This document shows positions 49,476-58,483 of a DNA stretch of 64,000 nt, piece after piece; the stretch's first letter is position 1, and the number at the start of each line of letters is the position of its first letter. Below the pieces are notes generated by a model. The model worked only from the letters and a program-made list of their open reading frames with translations, was not told the DNA's origin and made no database searches. The translations under genes were made by a program, and so were the position numbers. Origin of the DNA: an uncultured Clostridiaceae bacterium (GTDB taxonomy: Bacteria; Bacillota; Limnochordia; Darwinibacteriales; Darwinibacteriaceae); contig CAZVDE010000002.1 in NCBI GenBank assembly GCA_964626065.1, positions 26,032-90,031 of the forward strand. The letters are read 5' to 3'.

Positions 49476-50396
49476 ATGGAAGATTTGAAGCTGATTGTTG
49501 CACCGTCTCCCCATCTTAGAGATACTGATACTACCGAGAAGATCATGTCTGCGGTATTAATTTCGCTGCTGCCCGTGCTTGCCGCTTCAATTTACTTTTT
49601 CCGCTGGGATGCGGCCCGTTTGGTACTGCTTTCCGCGGGAGCGGCGGTAGCCACCGAGGCGATCTTTCAAAAAATACGCAAGAAACCCATTACAATCGGG
49701 GATGGCAGTGCTTTAATAACCGGTGTGCTTTTGGGATTAATTGTGCCGCCCAGCTTGCCCAGTTGGATGGTGATTGTGGGAGCGGTCGTGGCCATCGCCA
49801 TTGGTAAGCAGGTTTTTGGCGGCCTCGGGGCCAATCCTTTTAACCCCGCATTAGTTGGTAGGGCGTTTCTGACGGCGTCGTTTGCGCTGGCCATGACGGC
49901 CTGGACAGCCCCTTTTGATGCGGTAAGTGCAGCCACGCCGTTGGCCATGGGTGCTGCTAGGAGTAATATTCCCGATCTGTTCTTTGGCAGCATAGCGGGA
50001 TCTTTGGGCGAAACCTCCGCCCTAGCAATTCTGTTGGGTGGGATCTACCTCTTTTACCGGGGAGTTTTAGATTATCGTATCTGCCTAGGCATGTTGGGCA
50101 CGGTTGCGGTGGTGGCCGCGGCGGCGGGCCAAGATCCCGTTTTTCACCTGTTGGCGGGCAGTGTTTTATTTGGCGCCGTCTTTATGGCAACTGACCCGGT
50201 GACCTCGCCCATAACGCCCTTGGGGCGCTGGATTTGTGGCGCGGGAATCGGTTTGATTGTTATGGTAATCAGAATCTGGGGCAGTTTTCCGGACGGCGTT
50301 ACTTTCGCAATTCTTTTAATGAACGCGGCGACACCGCTGTTGAATCGCTGGACGCGTCCGCGGATTTATGGGCAAGGGGTGAAGGCAAGTGAATGA
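49476..50396 (+). CDS. rnfD: Rnf complex subunit D
   Basis: NqrB/RnfD polytopic membrane protein pattern. 306 aa. Confidence 0.85.
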   Translation: MEDLKLIVAPSPHLRDTDTTEKIMSAVLISLLPVLAASIYFFRWDAARLVLLSAGAAVATEAIFQKIRKKPITIGDGSALITGVLLGLIVPPSLPSWMVIVGAVVAIAIGKQVFGGLGANPFNPALVGRAFLTASFALAMTAWTAPFDAVSAATPLAMGAARSNIPDLFFGSIAGSLGETSALAILLGGIYLFYRGVLDYRICLGMLGTVAVVAAAAGQDPVFHLLAGSVLFGAVFMATDPVTSPITPLGRWICGAGIGLIVMVIRIWGSFPDGVTFAILLMNAATPLLNRWTRPRIYGQGVKASE

Positions 50397-50979
50397 GTCT
50401 CTGCGTATGGTAGTTGTCTTGGCCGTAATCGCCATGGTTTCGGCGGCAATTCTAACACAGGTTTATGAAAAGACAAGTGTCATCATCGAAGAAAATGCCG
50501 CTCGGGCCTTGGAAGATTCGGTTTTTGAGGTACTGCCCGGGACTGCGGACGTGAATATCATTCGCAGCAGCCCCGACCCCCTGCGCGCAGACGATCCCAA
50601 GGAAATGCGGGAGCGCGAACAGCGCACCACCTTGATTTATCAAGGCGTGGACGAACAGGGTGCGGTAACGGGCTATGCCTTTGTGGGGGAAGGGAATGGC
50701 TACGGCGGTGCGGTGCGCGTTTTGGTTGGGGTTGATGAGGTTACAGATGCCATTTTGAATATCAAGATCCTGGCCCACACCGAAACGCCCGGCCTGGGCG
50801 ATAGAATTGAATCTGAGAATTTCCGCAGCCAGTTTGTGGGCAAGGAATTAACCGATCCAATCAAATTGAACCAAGATATTGACAGTATTGCGGGGGCCAC
50901 AGTTTCCAGCCGCGCGGTGAGCGAGGCGGTGCGGAAAGGCTTCGATGAGGCCGCCGCTGCCTATAGAGGAGGGGAATAG
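50389..50979 (+). CDS. rnfG: Rnf complex subunit G (FMN-binding)
   Basis: N-terminal anchor and an FMN-binding domain whose flavinylation-site region reads DSIAGATVS. Confidence 0.85.
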   Translation: MNESLRMVVVLAVIAMVSAAILTQVYEKTSVIIEENAARALEDSVFEVLPGTADVNIIRSSPDPLRADDPKEMREREQRTTLIYQGVDEQGAVTGYAFVGEGNGYGGAVRVLVGVDEVTDAILNIKILAHTETPGLGDRIESENFRSQFVGKELTDPIKLNQDIDSIAGATVSSRAVSEAVRKGFDEAAAAYRGGE

Positions 50980-50980
50980 A

Positions 50981-51595
50981 ATGGGTATCCTAAAAGATTT
51001 TGTGCGGGGCCTATGGGAAGAAAACCCCACCTTTCGGATTATGATCGGCCTGTGCCCCACCTTGGCTGTGACGACCAGTGCCATTAACGGCATGTCCATG
51101 GGGCTGGCCACCGCTTTCGTGTTAATTTGTTCCAGTACCCTAATCAGCCTATTGAAAAATGTAATTCCGGATAAAGTGCGCATTCCTTCATTCATCATTG
51201 TCATCGCCACTTTTGTTACGATAGTGGATTTGGTAATGCATGCTTATCTGCCCGAACTGCATCAGGTGCTGGGCTTGTTTATCCCCTTGATTGTGGTAAA
51301 CTGTATAGTGCTGGGACGTGCCGAAGCATACGCTTCTAAGCGGCCCGTAATCGCTTCTGCCTTTGACGGCTTAGGCATGGGGCTGGGCTTTACGTGGGCC
51401 CTCACCCTACTTGGCGTGATCCGGGAAGTTTTGGGGGCGGGTACCATCTTTGGTTTTGCCCTCCTGCCGGAAGGTACTACCACTTTGGGGATTATGTCGC
51501 AGCCGCCGGGTGCTTTTATTACCCTGGGCATTCTGCTGGCATTGATGAATATTGTATCTGAACGCCTGAAGGCCAAAGGGGGTATGGGGCGGTGA
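50981..51595 (+). CDS. rnfE: Rnf complex subunit E
   Basis: NqrD/RnfE 6-TM pattern. Start at ATG 50981 rather than the longer ORF at 50945. Confidence 0.85.
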   Translation: MGILKDFVRGLWEENPTFRIMIGLCPTLAVTTSAINGMSMGLATAFVLICSSTLISLLKNVIPDKVRIPSFIIVIATFVTIVDLVMHAYLPELHQVLGLFIPLIVVNCIVLGRAEAYASKRPVIASAFDGLGMGLGFTWALTLLGVIREVLGAGTIFGFALLPEGTTTLGIMSQPPGAFITLGILLALMNIVSERLKAKGGMGR

Positions 51596-52164
51596 ATTTA
51601 TTTATCATTTTACTGAGCGCCCTATTGGTGAACAACTTTGTCTTAGTAAGGTTTCTGGGGATTTGCCCGTTCTTGGGTGTATCCAAACAGGTTGAATCGG
51701 CTTTCGGGATGGGCATTGCGACCACCTTTGTCATGGTCGTGGCATCCGCCGCAACCTGGCTGATTCAGACTTTCATTTTGGACGCTTTCGGCCTGCCGTT
51801 TCTGCAGACGGTGGCCTTCATTTTAGTGATTGCCTCCGTTGTCCAGTTGGTGGAGATGTTTTTGCACAAAACAAGCCCCGGTTTATATCGGGCCATGGGC
51901 ATTTTTCTGCCCCTGATCACGACAAACTGCGCTATTTTAGGGTTGGCAATCATGGCTGTCCAGGGTGGTTACAATTTTATCGAAACGGTTGTCTTTGCCC
52001 TAGGGGCGGGCCTTGGTTTTACGGTGGCGCTGCTTCTCTTGGCGGGCATTCGGGAAGAAATCGCCTTTGCGGATATCCCCAAGCCGCTGCAGGGGGCGGG
52101 GATAGCCTTTATTATCGCCGGCTTGCTGTCTTTAGCTTTCAGCGGGTTTGCGGGATTAATCTAG
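51592..52164 (+). CDS. rnfA: Rnf complex subunit A
   Basis: NqrE/RnfA 6-TM pattern. GTG start overlaps the rnfE stop. Confidence 0.85.
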   Translation: MNLFIILLSALLVNNFVLVRFLGICPFLGVSKQVESAFGMGIATTFVMVVASAATWLIQTFILDAFGLPFLQTVAFILVIASVVQLVEMFLHKTSPGLYRAMGIFLPLITTNCAILGLAIMAVQGGYNFIETVVFALGAGLGFTVALLLLAGIREEIAFADIPKPLQGAGIAFIIAGLLSLAFSGFAGLI

Positions 52165-52190
52165 TAGGTTACAATTAGGAGGGGTTTATT

Positions 52191-53021
52191 ATGAGTACTA
52201 CCGTTGTTTCCCTCATCAGTATGGGTACCATGGGCGCGCTGTTCGCCCTTGGTTTAGCAGTTGCTTCAAAGAAATTTGCAGTAGAAACGGACCCTAGGGT
52301 CGATGAGATAGAAGAAGTATTGCCCGGTGTGAACTGCGGCGCTTGTGGTTTTGCCGGCTGCCGCAGTTTTGCGGAGGGCGTTGCCTCAGGCGAGGCGCCC
52401 CCCAACGGCTGCCCGGTGGGCGGTGCTTCTGTTGCCAAATTAGTCGCGGCCATAATCGGTGTTGAATCGGATGGTCCCAAACGGAGAGTGGCTCAAGTTC
52501 TCTGTAAGGGCGGCCTGGAGGAGGCCAAGCAGCGGGGCACCTATGATGGGCCCAGGGACTGCAGAATTGCCCATGCCACCCAGGGCGGGGACAAAGTCTG
52601 CACTTACGGCTGCTTGGGCTATGGTTCCTGTGTCGATGCCTGCCCCTTTGACGCTATGTATATGGATGAAAACGGCTTGCCCGTCGTCATTGAAGAAAAA
52701 TGCACCGCCTGCGGCAAGTGCGTTGAGGCCTGCCCGCGCGATATTATTATGCTGGTAGACGAGGACCAGGGCGTCCACATCCGCTGCCGTTCGCTGTTGA
52801 CCGGGCGTTTTGTGCGGCAGCTCTGCTCGGTGGGCTGTATCGCCTGCCGCCGCTGCGTGCGGACTTGCCCCAGCGACGCCATTTATATGGAGGATAACCT
52901 AGCCCATATCGATTACGATAAATGCACCAACTGCCGGGAATGCGTGGCAGTCTGCCCCACCAACACCATTGACTGGCAGGAAGGTAAGCCCCTTGTGCTG
53001 CACAAGGAAGTCGCCGGTTAG
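52191..53021 (+). CDS. rnfB: Rnf complex subunit B (polyferredoxin)
   Basis: N-terminal anchor and several CxxCxxCxxxCP clusters. AGGAGG RBS. Confidence 0.85.
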   Translation: MSTTVVSLISMGTMGALFALGLAVASKKFAVETDPRVDEIEEVLPGVNCGACGFAGCRSFAEGVASGEAPPNGCPVGGASVAKLVAAIIGVESDGPKRRVAQVLCKGGLEEAKQRGTYDGPRDCRIAHATQGGDKVCTYGCLGYGSCVDACPFDAMYMDENGLPVVIEEKCTACGKCVEACPRDIIMLVDEDQGVHIRCRSLLTGRFVRQLCSVGCIACRRCVRTCPSDAIYMEDNLAHIDYDKCTNCRECVAVCPTNTIDWQEGKPLVLHKEVAG

Positions 53022-53034
53022 AAAGGGCGTTACT

Positions 53035-54066
53035 ATGGGTAGGAAACAGCACAATAAAAACCTACCGCTGGCCTTAGTTGTGGTGGCGGCCGCGGTGGGC
53101 CTAATCCTGATCGGTTCTATACTCTTTCGCCCCCACGAGTTATTGGCGGAAGAAACGAGTGCGCAAAAAACGAAACTTTTGATGGATACCGTTGTTGATG
53201 TGCGGGTGGACGCGCCCAATGCCGCGCAGCTCGTCGAGGAAGCCTTTGACGTGATGAAGCGGCTGGAACAATCCTTGTCGCGTTTTATTGAAACAAGCGA
53301 AGTGGCTTTGATCAATCAAAAGGCCGGTACATGGGTGCAGGTCAGCCCCGATACGTTTGGGCTAATCGCCCAGGGTGTGCGCATGGGCGAGCTTTCGCAG
53401 GGCGCCTTTGATGTAACTATCGGTGCGGTCTTAGATCTGTGGGGTTTCGGCGGCAAGACAAGGCAGGTCCCTAGTGCAGAAAAGCTGGGGGCCGCATTGG
53501 AGACGGTAGGTTATGGGCGGATAGAAATGGACGCCCAAGGCAGCCGGGTGCGCATTCCCGCCGGCACAACCCTAGATTTGGGCGGTATCGCCAAAGGTTA
53601 TGTGGTGCAAAAGGCCACCGAAATGCTGCGGCAGGCGGGTGTAAGCAGAGCCATAATCAACGCTGGGGGAGATATTTCCGTCATCGGTAAGCGCCCCGAT
53701 GGCCAGCCCTGGCGCGTGGGCGTTCAGGATCCCGCGGAGCCGGCCAGTTTGCGCTGGATCCTTGCTTTAGATGATCAGTGCATTGTGACGTCAGGCGACT
53801 ATCAGCGCTACTTCGAAGAAGATGGGCAGCGCTGGCACCACCTCCTTGATCCCAAGAGCGGTTATCCCGCCAGGGGCCTGCACAGTGTCACGGTTGTGGG
53901 TGATGACATTGTGAGCTGCGATGCGGCGGCCACCGCCATCTTCGTTCTCGGTTGGGAAGAGGGCCGGCGGCTGGCATTGGAACTGGACGGCCTGGAAGCG
54001 ATCTTAGTTGGTGAGCACGGGGAGTGGATTTCGCCCGGGTTGCAGGATAAGATTATTTCCCAATAG
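53035..54066 (+). CDS. apbE: FAD:protein FMN transferase ApbE
   Basis: ApbE fold motifs (LMDTVV, GAFDVTIG, LGGIAKGY). Start at ATG 53035; the longer ORF from 52969 would overlap rnfB. Confidence 0.85.
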   Translation: MGRKQHNKNLPLALVVVAAAVGLILIGSILFRPHELLAEETSAQKTKLLMDTVVDVRVDAPNAAQLVEEAFDVMKRLEQSLSRFIETSEVALINQKAGTWVQVSPDTFGLIAQGVRMGELSQGAFDVTIGAVLDLWGFGGKTRQVPSAEKLGAALETVGYGRIEMDAQGSRVRIPAGTTLDLGGIAKGYVVQKATEMLRQAGVSRAIINAGGDISVIGKRPDGQPWRVGVQDPAEPASLRWILALDDQCIVTSGDYQRYFEEDGQRWHHLLDPKSGYPARGLHSVTVVGDDIVSCDAAATAIFVLGWEEGRRLALELDGLEAILVGEHGEWISPGLQDKIISQ

Positions 54067-54072
54067 AAACGC

Positions 54073-54103
54073 AAACGGATCATCGGCGATGGTCCGTTTT
54101 TGG
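54073..54103 (+). terminator. Rho-independent terminator after apbE
   Basis: AACGGATCATCG-G-CGATGGTCCGTT followed by TTTTT. Confidence 0.65.
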
Positions 54104-54163
54104 TCAGCAGGGAACTGCGTTTGGGTGTGGAACAGATTATTGACAATAAATATAAAAGGAGAG

Positions 54164-55081
54164 ATGCCTGTGTACGATTTAGCAATTATCGGCGGGGGCC
54201 CGGCGGGGCTGTCGGCGGGATTATATGGTGCCCGCGCCAACTTAAAAACGGTTGTCATCGAACGGGGGCTGCCTGGCGGCCAGATGCAGAACACACTGGA
54301 AATTGAAAATTATCCGGGGGTAGGCCGGGTTGAAGGCCCCGAGCTGTCTGACCAGATGCATCAACAGGCTCTGGCGGTTGGTGTGGAATGGAAAACGGGC
54401 GAGGTCAGCGCGGTTGAACTGGAGGGCCAGCCTAAAACGATTAAGGTCGGCAGTGAAGTGATCAAGGCCCGCAGTGTCATTATTGCCAGCGGCGCACAGC
54501 CCCGCTATTTGGAGGTCCCCGGTGAAAAAGAGCTTGCGGGCAGGGGTGTCTCCTACTGTGCCACCTGTGACGGCGCTTTTTATACCGACCTCGATGTGGT
54601 GGTGGTGGGCGGGGGTGATTCCGCGGTGGAGGAAGGCATGTTCCTGACCAACTATGTGAACTCGGTGACGATCATTCACCGCCGGGATGAATTGAGGGCC
54701 CAGGCCATTTTGCAGGAACGGGCCTTTAAGAACGATCAGATCAAGTTTATTTGGGATTCGGTGGTGGAAAAGATTGAAGGGGAACAAAAGGTGAGCGGAG
54801 TATTGATTCGCAATATTAAAGATGATTCCACCAAGGTTGTGCCCTGCTCGGGCGTTTTCATCTACATCGGTTTTTACCCCAATTCGGAATATCTCAAGGG
54901 CAGCCCTATTTTAGATGGGGAAGGCTATGTAATTGCCGGGCCGGACATGGCCACAACTATTCCCGGGGTTTTTGCAGCAGGTGATGTGCGCACTACTCCC
55001 CTGCGGCAGATAGTCTCGGCCGCGGGTGATGGGGCCATTGCCGCCATGGAGGCCTATCACTACCTAGAGAATCTCGAATAA
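54164..55081 (+). CDS. trxB: Thioredoxin-disulfide reductase
   Basis: GGGPAGLSAG FAD motif, CATCDG redox-active disulfide, GGGDSA NADPH motif. ATG 54164 after AAAAGGAGAG. Confidence 0.9.
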   Translation: MPVYDLAIIGGGPAGLSAGLYGARANLKTVVIERGLPGGQMQNTLEIENYPGVGRVEGPELSDQMHQQALAVGVEWKTGEVSAVELEGQPKTIKVGSEVIKARSVIIASGAQPRYLEVPGEKELAGRGVSYCATCDGAFYTDLDVVVVGGGDSAVEEGMFLTNYVNSVTIIHRRDELRAQAILQERAFKNDQIKFIWDSVVEKIEGEQKVSGVLIRNIKDDSTKVVPCSGVFIYIGFYPNSEYLKGSPILDGEGYVIAGPDMATTIPGVFAAGDVRTTPLRQIVSAAGDGAIAAMEAYHYLENLE

Positions 55082-55106
55082 ATATGCTTGAACGTTAAAT
55101 GATTAA

Positions 55107-55157
55107 ATACATCTTCCGGCCCGGTACCAATCGGGGCGGGAGATGTATCTTTTTTTG
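55107..55157 (+). terminator. Rho-independent terminator after trxB
   Basis: ATACATCT...AGATGTAT stem, which extends further, followed by CTTTTTTT. Confidence 0.6.
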
Positions 55158-55203
55158 CCTTCCCGCTTATACTAATCTAAAGACTGCGGGGAGGCGGAAA
55201 CAT

Positions 55204-56040
55204 ATGCGTTGGATTATTACTGTTGTAATTGTAATGGCCCTAATTTCGCCGGTCCTGGCCCAGGCACCGCTGGTGCGGTGCGGCATGCGCGGCGAAGCTG
55301 TGCGCGAAATTCAGGAACTCCTCGTTGAACTAGGCCATGAACTTGTAGTGGATGGAATTTTCGGAACAGAAACGGAATCTTTAGTGATGCACGTTCAGAA
55401 AGCCTTGGGCCTTGCAGCGGACGGTGTGGTGGGGCCGAAAACAAGCGCGGCATTGGACGAACTCAAACATGCTATCGTCCCCTATACGGTGCAGCAGGGC
55501 GATAATTTAACATTGCTGGCCAGGCGTTACGAGACAACGGTCGGTACGATCGCTTCCTTTAACAGTCTCAGCAACCCCGATCGCCTTTTTCCCGGCCAAG
55601 TACTACTGATTCCCACCGCGGCCCTGCCCGTATTTGGCCCCGGTTTGAGGCGGCAGTTGGGTTTTTCCTGGCCCGTACAGGGCACGATCAGTTCCGCTTA
55701 TGGCTATCGCGTTCACCCGGTAACAAAGAGGCGTCATTTCCACGGCGGAATTGACATCGCCGTACCCGTGGGGACACCGGTGCGGGCGGCGCAGGCGGGC
55801 CGGGTGCTTCGGGCCGGTTCCGCGGGGAGCTTCGGCTTGGCGGTTGTTTTGGATCACGGTCAGGAAGTCACAACTTGGTACGGCCATAACTCTAAACTGG
55901 CGGTGCGGGCAGGGGACTCTGTTCAGCGGGGCCAGATTATTGCTTATTCCGGGCGTACCGGTGTAGCCACCGGGCCGCACCTTGATTTTCGCATTAAAAT
56001 AAGGGATCAAACGGTTGATCCCTTAGAATACCTGCCTTAA
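55204..56040 (+). CDS. Secreted M23 peptidase with peptidoglycan-binding (PG_binding_1) and LysM domains
   Basis: Signal peptide, PGBD-like helix bundle, LysM (YTVQQGDNLTLLARRY...), M23 motifs HFHGGIDIA and HLDF. Confidence 0.85.
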   Translation: MRWIITVVIVMALISPVLAQAPLVRCGMRGEAVREIQELLVELGHELVVDGIFGTETESLVMHVQKALGLAADGVVGPKTSAALDELKHAIVPYTVQQGDNLTLLARRYETTVGTIASFNSLSNPDRLFPGQVLLIPTAALPVFGPGLRRQLGFSWPVQGTISSAYGYRVHPVTKRRHFHGGIDIAVPVGTPVRAAQAGRVLRAGSAGSFGLAVVLDHGQEVTTWYGHNSKLAVRAGDSVQRGQIIAYSGRTGVATGPHLDFRIKIRDQTVDPLEYLP

Positions 56041-56316
56041 TCATTTTAAGAGCCGATCTAAAGCATTCAATAATTCCTGCAGTGCCTCTTCTTCGTTTTC
56101 TCCCCGGGCCAAGGCCTCGCGCAGGCAGGTTGTGGAAAACCTGTTGAAAATGACCTTGCCCACCTGGGCCAGCGCGCCCCGAGCCGCGGCGATCTGTGTC
56201 AGGATTTCGGCACAGGGTTCTTCATCCTCCACCATGCGCTGAACACCCTTGATCTGGCCTTCAATACGATTTAGGCGCTGGATCACGTTCGTCTTGTTTT
56301 TCCGGCCCAATCCCAT
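56041..56316 (-). CDS. CsoR/RcnR (DUF156) family metal/stress-sensing repressor
   Basis: RLNRIEGQIKGVQRMVEDEEPCAEILTQI core. Sensing positions are Cys35 / Phe60 / Cys64 counting from Met at 56314-56316, a C-x-C pattern with no His. Confidence 0.7.
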   Translation of the reverse strand: MGLGRKNKTNVIQRLNRIEGQIKGVQRMVEDEEPCAEILTQIAAARGALAQVGKVIFNRFSTTCLREALARGENEEEALQELLNALDRLLK

Positions 56317-56443
56317 CACCCTTTTTCTTTTGATCATAAACTTTAGCCTCGGTAGTGTCAAACCAATGTTTTTTACATCTGCTGCGCATTTTCGCAAGGG
56401 AAAAGGCCGCTTAAGGCGAAACTAAGCGAAGAGGTGATCGCCA

Positions 56444-57334
56444 GTGATTGCTTGTGTGCAGATGAAATTACGGGCAGAGGATTATCGGGCCGAGGCCAAC
56501 TTTTCTGCAAAAATAATGGGCATCATGGAACGTATCCGCCAAGAATCGGGTGCGGGGCCCCTTTTGGCCGTTTTCCCCGAACATATCGGTACGTTTTGCC
56601 TTTTGTGCGGCGCCCCCGAGCGGGTGTGGTCCAAAAACAGCTTCGCCGCCGCCAGCAAAGCGCTGCTGTTTGGTAACTTCCCCTCCGCCGGTTATCATTT
56701 GCTTGCCCATCGGGTTTCGCCGGTACGGGCCCTACTCCTGGCCCGGGCAGCTGAGACAGAAAGAATTTATCTTTCTACGTTTATCCGGGCGGCCCGGGAA
56801 TACGGGGCTTGGATTGTGGCCGGTTCGGCCATTTTGCGCTGGGGCGAAACGAGTCGAGTTTATAATACTGCGCCGGTTATTACCCCGACCGGGCATGTGA
56901 TCTACCGCCAGCACAAGGTAAACTTAGTGGAAATGGAAGGACGCGGCGGCCTGGACATTGAAGGGGCCCCGTTAAATTACATGAGTGTGGTGCAGAGCCC
57001 CTTCGGCAATCTAGGGGTGGCCATCTGCTTGGATGCCTTTTCTGCCCCGGTGCGCGAGCGGTTGGGGGGGCTGGGCGCGGAAATCCTGATTCAGCCCTCT
57101 GCCAACAACCATCCCTGGAATGAGTGGCAGCAGAAGGATTGGTTGCGCAGCAGTTATGCGGCTGTTGTTGAAAACGGCGAATTTCCCTTGGCGGTGAACC
57201 CCATGCTCGTCGGCGGCCTATGGGATTTAGTTTTCGCGGGGCAGTCGAGCATTATCACCGCTCAGGGCTATGCGGCCAGGGCGCAAACCCCTGACCGGGA
57301 AGAAATTTTACTGTATCGAACCCAAGAAGGATAG
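56444..57334 (+). CDS. Carbon-nitrogen hydrolase (nitrilase-superfamily) protein
   Basis: E-K-C catalytic triad context (VFPEH..., ...KVNL..., ICLD). 296 aa. Confidence 0.7.
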   Translation: MIACVQMKLRAEDYRAEANFSAKIMGIMERIRQESGAGPLLAVFPEHIGTFCLLCGAPERVWSKNSFAAASKALLFGNFPSAGYHLLAHRVSPVRALLLARAAETERIYLSTFIRAAREYGAWIVAGSAILRWGETSRVYNTAPVITPTGHVIYRQHKVNLVEMEGRGGLDIEGAPLNYMSVVQSPFGNLGVAICLDAFSAPVRERLGGLGAEILIQPSANNHPWNEWQQKDWLRSSYAAVVENGEFPLAVNPMLVGGLWDLVFAGQSSIITAQGYAARAQTPDREEILLYRTQEG

Positions 57335-58483
57335 GCGGCCGTTGAGTGCCACATACTTGATCTCGCCCCGCCGTAAATAAATGCGCGGCAGGCTCTGGGA
57401 GGCGGTTACGCGGCGCATCGAAACGCAGAGCGCATCCCCCGCCTGTAATTCGTCTGCTGCGCTTAAATCCACACAGGTCAGGCCCATGCCGATCCGGCCT
57501 AAGATGGGCAGGGGCGTTGCTTGCCAAGAAACGTCGGGCCGCGTGGGCTGAAATAATTTGCCCACAGCCTCTTTGATTTGGCGCCAGGGGGCTGTTTCCG
57601 GTTCCATGTGTAGGCCGTGGCCATAGCCAAGGGCGATGATGCCCGCTTTTAGGGGCCGGCGGACGCGGTAGCTTTTGCCGTAACCGATTGTCTGGCCTTT
57701 GGAAAAATTGCGGATTTGGATAATGCGTGCCTTACAGGCCCAGGTGGGCAAAAGCCGCCAGGACGGATCTAAAGGCAGGGGCGTCTGCCCGTAGAGAAGG
57801 GTGCCGATGCGTACTAAGTCCAGGTGGCTTTGGGGCAGCGTTAAGAAGGCCGCACTGCTGGCGGCATGCCAATGCAGATTGTGCCAGCCTTCCTCCGCAA
57901 ATCTCCCGCGTATATCCAGCAGCCTTCCTAACTGCCGTTCCGTGAAACTTGGATCATGGAAGGCGGAAGAAAAATGGGTGAACACCCCCTGCAGCCTTAA
58001 CCAGGGGGTGTTTTTGATCAGGCGCGCCAGCTTGACCGCCTCCTGCGGGGCGGCCCCCAAACGGCCGAAGCCGGTATCAATTTTTAATTCAACTGCGATG
58101 GGCTGTCTGTTTTGCCGCGCCCCTTCCTTCAGCTGTATAATTGATTCCGCTGTCGCCACCGTGGGAATCAGCCTGTGTTTTACAACCAAGGGGACCTGGC
58201 TTGCAAGGGGAGGGGTCAAGAGCAAAATTGAAGCACCCCGAGCGGCCCGCGCAACGGGCAGGGCCTCGTCAACCGTACTCACTGCCAGCTTTTGATACCC
58301 CAACGTCTGCAAAAAAACGGCCACCGCGGGTGCGCCATGGCCGTATGCGTCGCCCTTTAGAACCGGCAGGATGGGAACCCGGCAGTGTCTTTCCAGCTCT
58401 GTTAGATTGGCCTGTAAGTGATCTAAGTTGACCTCAACCCAGGCGGAAAAATTTAACCGGGTCGTTTGAAGCTGCGCATCCAT
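57308..58483 (-). CDS. alr: Alanine racemase
   Basis: PLP-lysine motif PVLKGDAYGHG. N-terminal TIM-barrel and C-terminal beta-domain length is about 390 aa. Confidence 0.75.
   Translation of the reverse strand: MDAQLQTTRLNFSAWVEVNLDHLQANLTELERHCRVPILPVLKGDAYGHGAPAVAVFLQTLGYQKLAVSTVDEALPVARAARGASILLLTPPLASQVPLVVKHRLIPTVATAESIIQLKEGARQNRQPIAVELKIDTGFGRLGAAPQEAVKLARLIKNTPWLRLQGVFTHFSSAFHDPSFTERQLGRLLDIRGRFAEEGWHNLHWHAASSAAFLTLPQSHLDLVRIGTLLYGQTPLPLDPSWRLLPTWACKARIIQIRNFSKGQTIGYGKSYRVRRPLKAGIIALGYGHGLHMEPETAPWRQIKEAVGKLFQPTRPDVSWQATPLPILGRIGMGLTCVDLSAADELQAGDALCVSMRRVTASQSLPRIYLRRGEIKYVALNGRLSFLGSIQ

Noticed and set aside
52969-53034. Longer ApbE start overlapping rnfB
   Set aside because: ATG 53035 has its own RBS and yields the typical ApbE N-terminus with signal/anchor. 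The extension overlaps the rnfB C-terminus.
56317-56397. Extended N-terminus of the CsoR-like repressor
   Set aside because: Starting at Met 56314-56316 places the conserved Cys at position 35 and 64 in canonical family numbering and gives the normal ~90-aa length.
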